Positions 1 through 11,089 of a stretch of 64,000 nt of DNA are shown piece by piece; the first letter of the stretch is position 1, and every line of letters begins with the position of its first letter. The notes beneath the pieces are model-generated. The model was not told the origin of the DNA, ran no database searches, and saw nothing but the letters and a program-made list of their open reading frames with translations. The stretch comes from Sedimentisphaerales bacterium (lineage in GTDB: Bacteria > Planctomycetota > Phycisphaerae > Sedimentisphaerales > SM23-30). A program made the position numbers and the translations under genes. The stretch covers positions 32,001 to 96,000 of the forward strand of contig CAXXMR010000013.1 in assembly GCA_963663805.2 (NCBI GenBank), given 5' to 3'.

Positions 1-1113
1 ATGGTTTTGGTTATTGGGGCTGCCTGGGTTGGTTGTGGCAGGTCTGCCAAGGTTGAAAATTTGGAGCGTGAGGTGAATGCCGAGGTTTTTCGTTTTGGGC
101 CGGTGTTGCGGCTGGAGCAGCGTGAGGTCGAGCTGGGCAGTTTTGTTGACGGCGATGAGATTGTGGGGCCGGTGTTTTTTGAGAATCCGGGCAGTGAAGA
201 TTTATTTATTCGCAAAATTACGAGTACGTGTGCGTGTTTGTCAGGTGTAACTGGTGACAGGCGGCTCGTGCCGGGTGGGGCGGGGGTTCTTGAAGTAGAG
301 TTTGATTCGCTGAAGATACCGGCTGGTCGGGTGTCAAGAGTGGTAAGGCTGGAGACTAATGACCTGGAGCAGAAGGCTGTGGAAGTGGTATTTAATTTCG
401 CGGTGATACGGAGTGACGCACAAGAAGACAGGCGGATTCTGCAAAATGAGTTGGGGCATCTTCGTCGGGAGGTGCAATTGCTGCGGGCTGATATGCGGAA
501 GGTTCTGGATAAACTTGAGGGTAGGTCGGCAGAGGGCCAGCCGGCAGCTAAGAGCAAAGGTGTGCCGGACACGAATGTTTATGATGTGCCGATTGGTGAT
601 TCGCCGGTGCGTGGCAAGGCGGACGCGGCGGTAACTATCGTGGAGTTTGTGGATATGCAGTGTCCGTACTGTGTTCGGGAATATCCGAAGCTGAATCAGT
701 TGCTGGAGGAGTATCCAGAAGATGTTCGGTTGGTAGTTAAACATTATCCTTTGAAGTTTCATGATAAGGCCAAGGCGGCGCATGCGGCTTTGGAGCTAAC
801 ACGGCTTGAAAAAGGGGCCGATGGTTTCTGGCGGATGTATGATATGGTAATGGCTCGGCCTGATGAGCTGGAGGTTGAGCGGTTGCGTGAATATGCCGGT
901 GAGCTGGGAATTGATATGAAGAAGTTTGATGAAGTTGTTGGGGATGAGGAGCGGATGGATACCATGCTGGCGGCGGATATGGAAGCAGCTCGGCGGTGCC
1001 GGGTGCGGGGGACACCTACGGTTTTTATAAACGGTCTGAAGCAGGAGAGCCGGAGTATAGAGGCGTACCGGAAGCGTATAGCCGGGTGTGTTGGGAATTC
1101 TAAGCACAACTAA
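1..1113 (+). CDS. DsbA/Com1-like thioredoxin-fold oxidoreductase with an N-terminal DUF1573-like Ig domain and coiled-coil linker; probable lipoprotein, true start may lie upstream of the window
   Basis: VEFVDMQCPYC active site, cis-Pro motif GTPT, SPVRG motif; N-terminal F.NPG..DL.I..I.STCAC pattern of DUF1573. Confidence 0.85.
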   Translation: MVLVIGAAWVGCGRSAKVENLEREVNAEVFRFGPVLRLEQREVELGSFVDGDEIVGPVFFENPGSEDLFIRKITSTCACLSGVTGDRRLVPGGAGVLEVEFDSLKIPAGRVSRVVRLETNDLEQKAVEVVFNFAVIRSDAQEDRRILQNELGHLRREVQLLRADMRKVLDKLEGRSAEGQPAAKSKGVPDTNVYDVPIGDSPVRGKADAAVTIVEFVDMQCPYCVREYPKLNQLLEEYPEDVRLVVKHYPLKFHDKAKAAHAALELTRLEKGADGFWRMYDMVMARPDELEVERLREYAGELGIDMKKFDEVVGDEERMDTMLAADMEAARRCRVRGTPTVFINGLKQESRSIEAYRKRIAGCVGNSKHN

Positions 1114-1114
1114 G

Positions 1115-1176
1115 GTGCGTATCGCACTCATAAATCGGCGCGGGCGTTTGGCGTATTTGGCGTTTCTGTTGGTCGC
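1115..1176 (+). repeat. Diverged copy of the ~80-bp repeat also found at 39810 and 39918
   Basis: GTGCGTATCGCACTCATAAATCGGCGCGGGCGTTTGGCGTATTTGGC aligns with the two tandem copies. Confidence 0.75.
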
Positions 1177-1210
1177 TTGCGTGATTGGTACATCACCAGG
1201 GCCTTGCTAT

Positions 1211-1291
1211 GCAAGAAGAAGGGATGAGGGATGAGGGAACGGCTTGGTGGCTAAATGGTTGGTATCCGGCCGCTTACGCGGCTCGGCTTTT
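1211..1291 (+). repeat. Mosaic intergenic repeat: AGGGATG heptamers + AACGGC + REP-like hairpin
   Basis: agggatgagggatgagggAACGGC followed by TCCGGCCGCTTACGCGGCTCGGC (1265-1287). Confidence 0.75.
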
Positions 1292-1320
1292 GTTGGGCGG
1301 CCTAAAGCCTTTTTCAAAGG

Positions 1321-2418
1321 TCAGGCTTTTACTTTTGATTTTGGTGCGGGGGCCTGTCTTTGCACGGTTTGGAGTCTTTTTCCGTCGTCGGTGACCTTGA
1401 TTATGCCTTTGGTTTTCTGGACCTGGGTGAATTGTCCTATGCTGCGGAGTTTTCGGTAGCGGTTTTCGGTGAGGTTTTCCGGTTTGAAGCGTTTGAGCTC
1501 GCGGATGGTCTTGATGAGGTAGCTTTCGAGGTTGTGGGCAGCTTCGTGGGGGTTGCGATGGGCTCCTCCGAGCGGTTCTGTTACGACGTGGTCGACGACT
1601 TCAAGCTTGAGCAGGTCTTTGCTGGTGAGCTTGAGTACCTCGGCTGCGTGGGGTGCCTGTTCGCCATTTTTGAAGAGGATGGCTGCGCAGGCTTCGGGTG
1701 ACGCTACGGTATACCAGGCGTATTGCATGATAGCGATGCGGTCGCCGACTCCGATGCCCAATGCTCCGCCGGACCCGCCTTCGCCGATGACGACGCAGAC
1801 GATGGGGACTTTCAGCGTAGACATTTCCATGAGGTTTACGGCGATGGCCTGGGCCTGTCCGCGTTCTTCGGCACCGATGCCGGGATAGGCCCCTGGGGTG
1901 TCGATGAGGCATATTACGGGCAGATTGAATTTTTCGGCGAGCTTCATTTTGGCGAGGGCTTTGCGATAGCCTTCGGGGTGGGCGCAGCCGAAATTGCAGG
2001 CGATTTTTTCTTTGGTGTCGCGTCCTTTGTTCTGGCCGACAATCATGACTTTCTCGTGGCCGATACGTCCGAATCCGGTGACGATGGCCTGGTCGTCGCC
2101 GTAGAACCGGTCGCCTTTGAGCTCGACGAAGTCCTTGACCATCATGTCAACGTAGTCCATGAACAGGGGGCGTTTGGGATGACGGGCGATCTGTACGGTT
2201 TCCCAGGCGGTGAGGTTGTCGTAAATTTTACGGGTTAGGGCGGCGAGGTTGTCGCGTAATTGACGGATTTCGGTGGAATAGTCGATGCCCTTACTGGCTT
2301 GCAGGTCGGTGAGTTCTCGAATCTGGTTTTGCAGGTCGGCGAGCGGCTTTTCGAATTCCAGCCAGGTGTTATTTACGATTTCTTCGTCAAGCTGAAGCAT
2401 TTCCAGGTTCTGAGCCAT
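1321..2418 (-). CDS. accA: Acetyl-CoA carboxylase carboxyltransferase alpha subunit
   Basis: LEFEKP, ARHPKRP, DTPGAYPGIGAEERGQ and GEGGSGGALG motifs. Confidence 0.97.
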   Translation of the reverse strand: MAQNLEMLQLDEEIVNNTWLEFEKPLADLQNQIRELTDLQASKGIDYSTEIRQLRDNLAALTRKIYDNLTAWETVQIARHPKRPLFMDYVDMMVKDFVELKGDRFYGDDQAIVTGFGRIGHEKVMIVGQNKGRDTKEKIACNFGCAHPEGYRKALAKMKLAEKFNLPVICLIDTPGAYPGIGAEERGQAQAIAVNLMEMSTLKVPIVCVVIGEGGSGGALGIGVGDRIAIMQYAWYTVASPEACAAILFKNGEQAPHAAEVLKLTSKDLLKLEVVDHVVTEPLGGAHRNPHEAAHNLESYLIKTIRELKRFKPENLTENRYRKLRSIGQFTQVQKTKGIIKVTDDGKRLQTVQRQAPAPKSKVKA

Positions 2419-2687
2419 TGACGCTTGTCCCTATAGCAAAAATCCCAGGCTGCCCGCAATAGTCACCTGGGGTGGTTATATCATTTCATACTACATTTTG
2501 CCGATGGCGTTACGTTTGTCACAGCCTTCGGTAACCAAATGGTCCGGCATATACGTCCAGACCACTACCCAATCGGCTGTCAATCTTAGTGATTATGGTT
2601 GGCGACTTCAAGAAAAAAATTGACATTAATGGTCCAGGGCGATAGCTTCTGTGGGAATGTGATTTTGTCCTGGAAAAATATAAAACT

Positions 2688-3577
2688 ATGTTAATTAAAG
2701 ATTTACAATCTATATCGATTTTAGGCCTGGGTCTTTTGGGCGGCTCTTTAGGGCTGGCGGTGAACCGTATATTTCCGCACGTCAAGCGTGTTGGTTACAG
2801 CCATCGTGAGGTTACTTTACAGAAGGCTTTGGAAGCGGGCACGGTTGACAAGGTTTATTCGACGGCTGCCCGTGCGGTTTCGCGGGCTGATTTGGTGGTT
2901 TTGGCAGGTCCGATAGGGGGTATTTCCTGAATTAATGAAGGCTATTGCTCCGTCGTTGAATGACGGGTGTTATAGTTACAGATGTAGGGTAGTACCAAAT
3001 TAGCACCGCAGCGTTGGGCTAATAAATATCTGCCGGATCGCGCGTGGAATTTCTGGGCTCTCATCCGATGGCGGGTTTCTGAGCAGCGTGGAGTTGATTT
3101 TGCTCGTGCGGATTTATTTGACCAGGCGAATTGTATTTTGGGGACGACGGCCAAGACGAGCTCTGGGACATACAATTTTCTGAAGGAATTCTGGGAGGCT
3201 TTGGGGATGCGTGTTTCGCACATGTCACCGACGAAGCATGACCAGGTTTTGTCTCGGATAAGTCATTTTGCCGCATATTTTGGCGGCGGCTCTGGTCAAT
3301 GCGAGCAATCTGGAAGAGGACGATGCTTTGCGGTAAGGGTTTTCTGGATACGACTCGTATCGCTTCGGGGGCTCCTTCGGTTTGGCATGATATATTGATG
3401 GAGAATTCGGTGAATACTGACCAGGCGATCGCTCGTTTGGTGAAGGAATTGACGAAAATACAAAGGGCCCTGCGTGAAAATAACGGCAAGGCTCTTACCA
3501 AAATGCTGACGCGGGCCCAGGAGCAACGTGATACCCTGGTCGCGCGCAAGCTCAGACGCAAGGAACTCCCTGAATAA
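2688..3577 (+). CDS. tyrA: Prephenate/arogenate dehydrogenase, split by several indels
   Basis: GLGLLGGS NAD-binding motif, TDVGS, HPMAGSE, HDQVLSRISH and GFLDTTRIASG..WHDI motifs spread over different frames. Confidence 0.88.
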
Positions 3578-6498
3578 TGAACTGGCGTATTGAAACTACT
3601 ACAAAAAGATGAGTATCTGGATGTAAATGCTCAGGAAATCGCGGCGGATATAAAGCAGCTTGGTATTGGCTCGGTTAAGGCTGTTCGTTCGGTGCGGGTT
3701 ATGCTGATTGAGGGGTGAGCTGGACCGTGAGCAGGTCGAGCGAGGGTGGCGGCGGAACTGCTGGTTGATCCGGTTAGCGAGAATTATTATATTGGGCCGG
3801 CCCCGGTTCCGAGTGATTTTGGTCAGGTAAATTTGTTTGAGGTTCATCTCAAGCCGGGGTGTGACTGACCCGGTGGCGGGGTTCGGCGCTGATGGGGATT
3901 CGAGATATGAATTTTGGGGCGGAGTCGGCGCGGACAGGTCGGAAATATTTTCATTGATGGGGCGTTGAGCGAGTATGAGCAAAAGGTTATCGCTGGGCGG
4001 GTTTTGGGGTAATGACTGTATCGAGGATGTGTTGATAGGTTCTGATTCTGAGCCGCCGAGTCCGCATGTTCGGCCTTACGAACTAAAGATTAGGAACTGG
4101 CCTATTCGCGAGCTTGACGAGGCGGCTTTGGAGAAGATGAGTAAGGACTGTGACCTGTTTTTGGACGGTTACGGAAATGAAGACGATCCAGGAGTATTTT
4201 CGCAAGCTGGAGAGGGAGCCGACGGATATTGAATTGGAGATGATCGCTCAGACCTGGAAGTGAGCATTGTGGGCATAAAACTTTTAGAGGGACGATTGAG
4301 TTTACGGAATATGACGGTGAGGAGCAGGTTCAGAAGGTGGCTGGTTGATAATCTGCTGAAATCGACTATCGCCAAGGCGACGTTTGATTTAGCTAAGCCG
4401 TGGTGTATTTCGGTGTTTGAGGATAACGCGGGGTGTGATTGATTTTAATGATGATTATGGGGTTTGCTTTAAGGTTGAGACGCATAATCATCCTTCGGGC
4501 GATCGAGCCTTACGGCGGGGGCGGCGACGGGAATCGGCGGTTGTATTCGTGACCCAATGGGTACGGGGCTGGGTGCTAAGCCGATCGCTAACACGGATAT
4601 TTTCTGTTTTGCGCGGCCTGACAAGAAGCTGGACGAACTGCCGGCGGGTGTATTGCATCCGCGGCGGGTAATGAAGGGTGTGGTCGCAGGTGTGCGTGAT
4701 TACGGCAACCGGATGGGGATACCGACGGTGAACGGGGGCGGTGCTGTTTGATGACCGCTATATGGGCAATCCGCTGGTGTTCTGCGGTAATATCGGTTTG
4801 ATTCCGCGCGATAAGTGTTTTGGTTCGGCTCGCGAAGGCGACCTGATTATGGTGGTGGGCGGCAGGCAGGACGGGGGCGTGATGGTATTCACGGGGCGAC
4901 GTTCAGCAGCGGCGAGATGACGCATGAACATGAGACTCTGTTTTCACACGCGGTGCAGATTGGTAACGCGATTACCGAAAAGAAGGTACTCGATACGCTG
5001 ATGCAGGCTCGCGATAAGGGTCTTTATGTAGCGGTTACCGATTGCGGGGCCGGTGGGCTGAGCAGTGCGGTGGGCGAGATGGGCGAGAAGCTGGGGGCGG
5101 TGGTTGATTTGGAAAAGATTCCGTTGAAGTATCAGGGGCTGAGCTATACGGAAGTTTGGATTAGTGAGGCTCAGGAGCGGATGGTTATTTCGGTTCCGCC
5201 GGAGAATTTGGATGAGATTCGCGCGCGGTGTTTGCGGCGGAAGATGTCGAAGCTACGGTGATAGGTCATTTTGGCAATGGCGGCAAGCTGGATCTGCATT
5301 ATGGGGGGACAGATTGTTGGTCGGTTGGATATGGATTTTCTGCATGACGGTCTGCCGCGTTTTACGCGTAAGGCGGTTTGGGCATATTCCGCAGCACGCT
5401 GAGCCGGAACTGCCGGTGAAGAATGATTATACTGACGATTTGAAGGCGATATTGGGTGATTACAATGTGGCCAGCAAGGAATGGGTGGTGCGTCAGTATG
5501 ACCATGAGGTGCAGGGCGGTTCGGTGATTAAGCCGCTGGTGGGTGTGGAGAATGACGGGCCGGGCGACGCGTCGGTGGTCAAGCCGATATTGGGTGAGGA
5601 CAGGGCGCTGGCGATTGGTTGTGGTATATGTCCCCAATATAGTGATTTGGACCCGTATGCGATGGCTTTAGCGGCGATTGACGAGGCGGTGCGTAATGTG
5701 GTCGCGGTGGGGGCCCGGCCTGACAAGATTAGTATTCTGGATAATTTTTGCTGGGGTAACTGTGCCAAGCCGGACCGGTTGGGTTCGCTGGTTAAGGCGG
5801 CTCAGGGTTGTTATGACGCGGCGATGGCTTATGGCACGCCGTTTATCTCCGGCAAGGATTCGCTTAATAATGAGTTTGTGACTGACAGTGGTGAGACGAT
5901 TAGTATTCCGGGGACGCTGCTGGTAAGTGCGATGGCGATTGTCGATGACGCACGAAAGTGTGTGACGATGGATTTGAAAGAGCCGGGCAATCTGCTTGTC
6001 GCGGTTGGGCCGACTCGAAATGAGCTGGGTGGTTCGTATTATTACAAACTGCAAGGTCAGCTGGGTGCGAATGTACCGCGGGTTGACCTCAAGGCTGGTC
6101 CGCAGATTATTAAGGCGGTGGCTGAAGCGATTAGTAAAGGTTTGGTGATTTCCTGTCATGATTGCAGCGAGGGCGGGCTGGCGGTGGCTTTGGCGGAGAT
6201 GGCTTTTGCGGGCGGTTATGGTTTGGAAGCTGACCTGGCGGCGGTTCCGGTGGAGGGAGATATAACCAGGGACGACCAGTTGTTATTCAGTGAGACGACC
6301 AGTCGGTTTGTGCTGGAGGTTCGGCCGGACGATTTTGGTAAAATCGCGGAGATATTGAAGAATGTGCGTTTTGGTGAAATCGGCAAGGTTGGTTCCGGTA
6401 CGAAAGTAGTGATTCGTGGACGTAATGCCAAGAAAGTTATTAACGCGGATATTAAGTCACTCAAGGCTGCGTGGCAGGAGCCGCTTTTTAAGATATGA
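3577..6498 (+). CDS. purL: Phosphoribosylformylglycinamidine synthase subunit PurL with an N-terminal PurS-like extension, multiple indels
   Basis: [69 protein letters not shown] and HDCSEGG motifs; ATG overlaps the tyrA stop. Confidence 0.93.
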
Positions 6499-6503
6499 GA
6501 TAC

Positions 6504-6580
6504 AAGGCAAGGGGCATGAGGCATGAGGCAAGAGTGAACGGCCAGGTGCCGCCTGACGGCGGGACTATTTTACTTAACGT
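6504..6580 (+). repeat. Mosaic intergenic repeat: GAGGCAT heptamers + GTGAACGGC + short hairpin
   Basis: aggcaaggggcatgaggcatgaggcaagagtgAACGGC then CCGCC-tgac-GGCGG. Confidence 0.75.
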
Positions 6581-6666
6581 CAATTGCCTGGTGTTGCTTT
6601 TTATGCAGATGTTTAGTTGGAAGATACTTTAACGACAATAGAAACGGATTAGATAGAAGAAAAAAT

Positions 6667-7452
6667 ATGCCTAATGTAAAAGTATTGGTGCTGCGGACGG
6701 CGGGGACTAATTGTGATTTGGAGACTTCTCACGCGTTTAAGCTGGCTGGTGCGGAGACGGAATCTGTGCATGTGAACAAGCTTATCGCTGAGCCGGGTTT
6801 GCTGAGTAATTATCAGATTCTGGCATTGCCGGGCGGGTTTAGTTACGGCGACGACATCGCGGCGGGCAAGATACTGGCTAATCAGTTGATTCATCATTTT
6901 CGTGAGCAGGTGCGGGAGTTTATCGATGCGGATAAGTTGGTGATAGGTATCTGTAACGGTTTTCAGGTTCTGGTCAAGGCTGGTCTGCTGCCGGGTCTGA
7001 CTGATGAGCAGTTTGCGAATGTTGGTTTGCAGCAGGCTACGCTTACATATAATGACTGCGGGAAGTTTGAGGATCGTTGGGTTTATCTTGAGCCGGGAAC
7101 AGATAAATGTGTTTTTGTTCGGCCTGGTCAGCGGATTTATCTGCCTATCGCTCATGGCGAAGGTAAGGTTTGTTTTGCTGAGGAGGGGATTTTGAAAAGC
7201 GTGCAGGATAACGGTCAGGTGGCGTTTCGGTATGTTGATAAAGACGGGCAGTTTGGCGGGTTCCCGGTTAATCCGAATGGTTCTACGGACCATATCGCGG
7301 GTTTGTGTGACTCGACGGGTCGAGTGCTGGGTCTGATGCCGCATCCGGAACGTTTTGTGGAAGTGACTCAGCATCCGCGCTGGACCAGAGAGAAGCTTGA
7401 ACGTGCCGACGGTTTGGGGATATTTGTCAATGCTGTTGACTATTTCAAATAG
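6667..7452 (+). CDS. purQ: FGAM synthase glutaminase subunit PurQ
   Basis: GTNCD, PGGFSYGD, GICNGFQ, IAHGEG, NPNGS and MPHPER motifs. Confidence 0.97.
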   Translation: MPNVKVLVLRTAGTNCDLETSHAFKLAGAETESVHVNKLIAEPGLLSNYQILALPGGFSYGDDIAAGKILANQLIHHFREQVREFIDADKLVIGICNGFQVLVKAGLLPGLTDEQFANVGLQQATLTYNDCGKFEDRWVYLEPGTDKCVFVRPGQRIYLPIAHGEGKVCFAEEGILKSVQDNGQVAFRYVDKDGQFGGFPVNPNGSTDHIAGLCDSTGRVLGLMPHPERFVEVTQHPRWTREKLERADGLGIFVNAVDYFK

Positions 7453-7467
7453 AAGCATGGTGTTATA

Positions 7468-9243
7468 GTGTCCCGTCTTTATTCTCGCAAATCTGGTTCG
7501 GCGGTCTGGCAGATTGCCGAGCCTTGGGGTGAGCGTTTGCCGTTCGCGTCCAAGTTGGGTGTGCCGGAAGTTGTCGCTCAGGTTTTGTATAATCGGGGGA
7601 TAGATGATTTTGAGGCGGCCCGGCGTTTTTTACAGCCGTCTTTGGGTGATTTGATTGGGCCGGGTGATATGGTGGGGATGTCGGCGGCAGTGGGGCGGAT
7701 TACGCGGGCGCTGAACGAACGGGAGAAGATAGTTCTTTACGGCGATTATGACGTGGATGGGATTACGGGGGTTTCGCTGCTGTGGCGGTGCCTGAAGCTG
7801 GCGGGGGTTGATGCTGATTATTATGTGCCGCATCGTCTGGATGAGGGCTATGGTCTTAATGTGCAGGCGATTGAGCAGCTAGCGGAGAAGGGGGCGAAGC
7901 TTATTATTACGGTTGACTGCGGGGTGACGGCGGTTGAGCCGGCGGCACGGGCGGCGGAGCTGGGGGTTGATTTGGTGATTACAGACCATCATAAGCTGGA
8001 GAGCGAACTGCCGGCGGCGGTGAGTATTCTGCATCCGAATTTGCCGGGTCAGGATTACGCTAATCATGATTTGTGCGGGGCGGGGGTGGCGTTCAAACTG
8101 GCTTGGGGTCTTAGCCAGCAGCTTTGCGGCTCAGAGAAGGTTACGTCGGAGTTTCGGGAGTTTCTGATAACGGCGACAGGGCTGGTGGCGTTGGGTACTA
8201 TCGCTGATGTAGTGCCGCTTCAGGGTGAGAACCGTATACTAGCACAGTTTGGGATGAAGTGTCTGGCGGATAGTTCGGATTTGGGGATACGGGCGCTTAT
8301 TGAGGCGGCGGGTTTGACGGGTACGGCGTTGCAGAGCAGCGATATTGGGTTCAAACTGGCACCACGTTTGAACGCGGCGGGTCGGATGGGGCATGCTCGT
8401 TTGGCGGTGGAACTTTTTACGCGGAGCGGGCCGGCACGAGCGGAGGAAATCGCGGCGTATCTGGAAAATCTTAATCAGCAGCGTCGGAAGGTGCAGAATC
8501 AGATATTCGAGGAAGCGGCCTTGCAGGTGCGGCAGTTGGGGATGGATAAGGAAGCGTGCCGGGGGATTGTGCTGGCGGGAGAGAACTGGCACGGCGGGGT
8601 GATAGGCATTGTGGCCAGTAAAATAGTGGACACCTATAACAAGCCGACGGTGATTCTGACGGCTCAGGACGAGCGTTTGATGGGTTCGTGCCGGAGTATA
8701 CCGGGTTTTGATATTTGTACAGCGTTGGAGGCTTGTGCGGAAAATATTCTGAGTTTCGGCGGTCATACGATGGCGGCGGGTTTGACAGTTGAGCCGGCGA
8801 AACTTGAGGCGTTGCGGGCGGCGTTTATTGAATACGCGGGCGGCAAGCTGGCAGATTTGGATTTGACACCTACGCTGGCGATTGATGCTGAGGTTGATTT
8901 GCGGCGTCTGGACATGAAAACCGCGCAGACGATTGAAAAGCTGGGGCCGTTCGGGTCGGGTAATCCGGAAATTCTGCTGGCGGCTCGGAATCTGTGTCTG
9001 GTGAATCCGCCCCGGAAGATGGGACGGAGCGGGGACCATTTGCAGTTTCTGGTTTGTCCGGCGGAGTGTAAGGGGACACCGCAAAATGTATTTCGGGCGG
9101 TGGCATTTGGCCAGGCGAAGATTGAAAAGAAGCTTATCGACGCGGCGAGTTTTGATTTAGCGTTTACGCCGGTGATTAACCGCTATAACGGCAATAGTAA
9201 TGTTGAGCTGATGGTGACCGCAATCCAGATAATTTCCGGTTAG
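7468..9243 (+). CDS. recJ: Single-stranded-DNA-specific exonuclease RecJ
   Basis: GDYDVDG, TVDCG, TDHH, GTIADVVPL, PRLNAAGR and FGGH motifs. Confidence 0.97.
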   Translation: MSRLYSRKSGSAVWQIAEPWGERLPFASKLGVPEVVAQVLYNRGIDDFEAARRFLQPSLGDLIGPGDMVGMSAAVGRITRALNEREKIVLYGDYDVDGITGVSLLWRCLKLAGVDADYYVPHRLDEGYGLNVQAIEQLAEKGAKLIITVDCGVTAVEPAARAAELGVDLVITDHHKLESELPAAVSILHPNLPGQDYANHDLCGAGVAFKLAWGLSQQLCGSEKVTSEFREFLITATGLVALGTIADVVPLQGENRILAQFGMKCLADSSDLGIRALIEAAGLTGTALQSSDIGFKLAPRLNAAGRMGHARLAVELFTRSGPARAEEIAAYLENLNQQRRKVQNQIFEEAALQVRQLGMDKEACRGIVLAGENWHGGVIGIVASKIVDTYNKPTVILTAQDERLMGSCRSIPGFDICTALEACAENILSFGGHTMAAGLTVEPAKLEALRAAFIEYAGGKLADLDLTPTLAIDAEVDLRRLDMKTAQTIEKLGPFGSGNPEILLAARNLCLVNPPRKMGRSGDHLQFLVCPAECKGTPQNVFRAVAFGQAKIEKKLIDAASFDLAFTPVINRYNGNSNVELMVTAIQIISG

Positions 9244-9867
9244 GAAACGAATTTGGGCTGCGGGTTATTTTGGGGTTCGGGGTTGAGCACCCATTTTTTG
9301 ATTATTTTGTAGACATCATCTCGTTCGATAGGTTTGGAGAGATAGTCGTTCATGCCAGCGTCGAGGCATATCTGTTTGTCTTCGGTGAAGGCATTTGCTG
9401 TTAAAGCGATAATGGGTATTTCATGCTGTCCGGATTCTCTGATTTTTTTACTGGCTTCCGGGCCATCCATCAAGGGCATTTGCATATCCATGAAGATTAA
9501 ATCGTATTGGTTTTGTTCAATTTCTTTGAGGGCTTCGATTCCATTTTCGACGGTTTTTACCGAATAGCCCGCGGTTTTCAAGATATGTTCGGCGAGCTTC
9601 TGGTTTTTCAGGTCGTCCTCGACCAGTAAAATACGTACGGAGTGCTTGCGTTTTTCGTTTATTGAATGTCGGGTGGTTATTGGGCTGGCGGTTTTTTTTT
9701 GTGGGTGTTTCTGATAATAGTGAGGCCATCATGGCAAGCAGGTCTTTTCTTCTGACGGGTTTGGGCAGGAAACCGTCGAAGCCCGCGTCTTTGCTTTTTG
9801 AGCATTTCTGGGTAAGGTCGGAAGACAGGGCGACGGCTGGTATATGGGGTATCGATTTGGTCGGGTC
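9240..9867 (-). pseudogene. 5'-truncated C-terminus of a hybrid histidine kinase/response regulator: half a REC domain plus one complete REC domain
   Basis: Minus strand reads IPAVALSS..KDAGFDGFLPKPVRRKDLL, then after a homopolymer shift RILLVEDD..DLIFMDMQMP..IIALTANA..LSKP; an in-frame stop lies just upstream and there is no start. Confidence 0.75.
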
Positions 9868-10375
9868 TTACTGTTTTGGGTCTATTATTAATAATACGAT
9901 AAGCAATGTGACTCATGTCGATGACACTAACATTGCTTGTGGCATCGTTTCTACGGGCATTGGCACAAGAATCGAAAACAACACGATATACAACATTGTC
10001 AACCACTTATATACCAAGTCATTTGGCATCGCAGCCGTACAGGACCATAACGGCGGTAGCATGATTAATAACATAATCCACACGGCTGGCTATGGTTACT
10101 ATCCGTCATTGTATAATCTATGGTCACGCCCGACAATCGAAGATTACAATTGTTATTATAACTGTACCAACGCTTACGGTGGCACGGCAACCGCGGGCGA
10201 TAATGATTTGATCGTCAATCCTCAATTTGCAGATCCGGATAATCTTGACTTCACCCCCCTAAATTGGCAACTAATGGAATCCGGTAAGCCGAGCCCGACT
10301 GGCAATCCCACACATATCGGCGCGGTCGGCAAGCCCTCCGCGTATGATATTATTTATAGGGCGTTAGGTGTATAA
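9850..10375 (+). pseudogene. 3' fragment of a right-handed beta-helix protein (phage/island-like); 5' end missing
   Basis: INNTISN, IENNTIYN, INNII, DYNCYYN and NPQFADP..LDF motifs; the upstream part of the called ORF is just the antisense of the REC fragment. Confidence 0.65.
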
Positions 10376-10929
10376 TGGTTGATTATAACGACACTGCCGT
10401 CGGCTGGATTCCCGACCCGGATAATACCACGACCCACATGGTCACAGATCAGGACCTTGATGGTTATAACTGGGACTACATTCGCTACCGGATCAGCCAT
10501 GACCAGATTGCGGACCCGTCGCCGGTGGCACCGGTGAGTGTGGATGGTTCAGGCGACGTGAGCCTGGTGCCTGGTAACGACCCGGTTAATGTCGCCGCGT
10601 TTCCGCTGGCCGCCGGCCAGGTTTGTCTGACCTGGCGGCATAACGACGAGCTGGAACCCGCCACGCCGGATGGGTTCAAAGTCTACCGGTCCATCAGCGG
10701 AGCCGCTGCAACTCTACTGACCACCGTCAGCCTGCACGGAGGAACCCGAAACTATTCAGCCACCGACACCACCAACCATGCCAACGAGACCGAGCTGGAA
10801 TACACCATCAAGTCATATCGCACGGTTGGTGAAACCACTTACGAATCCGCCGGGGTATCGGTCGAAGTTACCGCCGACGCAGTCGGACCGCCAGCCGTGG
10901 ACGATTTTACGATTTATTTGATTGATTAG
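10375..10929 (+). CDS. Hypothetical protein with a C-terminal fibronectin type III-like domain
   Basis: LTW..P..GFKVYRS..YSATD..YTIKS pattern; coupled by TAATG to the upstream fragment. Confidence 0.6.
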   Translation: MVDYNDTAVGWIPDPDNTTTHMVTDQDLDGYNWDYIRYRISHDQIADPSPVAPVSVDGSGDVSLVPGNDPVNVAAFPLAAGQVCLTWRHNDELEPATPDGFKVYRSISGAAATLLTTVSLHGGTRNYSATDTTNHANETELEYTIKSYRTVGETTYESAGVSVEVTADAVGPPAVDDFTIYLID

Positions 10930-10965
10930 CCCTGCCAGTCGATCGCAAGATCGACACTCACTGCG

Positions 10966-11004
10966 ATGGCCGCGTTTTTTGCCTGGGAACGCGGCCATTT
11001 TTTT
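10966..11004 (+). terminator. Intrinsic terminator
   Basis: ATGGCCGCGTT / AACGCGGCCAT inverted repeat followed by a T run. Confidence 0.7.
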
Positions 11005-11009
11005 ACAAA

Positions 11010-11033
11010 AGTGTCATAAAGAGTGTCATAAAG
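11010..11033. mobile_element. Tandem 12-bp direct repeat, candidate integrase arm-type binding site
   Basis: AGTGTCATAAAG twice, about 60 bp beyond the 3' end of tRNA-Pro. Confidence 0.5.
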
Positions 11034-11089
11034 GGTTTTGGTGGGTTTAGCCCGTGATTGTAAGATGTGAAATAATAAGACATTACAAG

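Noticed and set aside
2688..5400. tyrA and purL as pseudogenes or programmed frameshifts
   Set aside because: Many indels are clustered in one stretch, often in homopolymers, while catalytic motifs are intact and purQ is whole. This fits low-coverage long-read error.
9662..9850. N-terminus of the 237-aa ORF as real protein
   Set aside because: It is the antisense of the receiver-domain fragment. Beta-helix-like sequence begins only near 9850.
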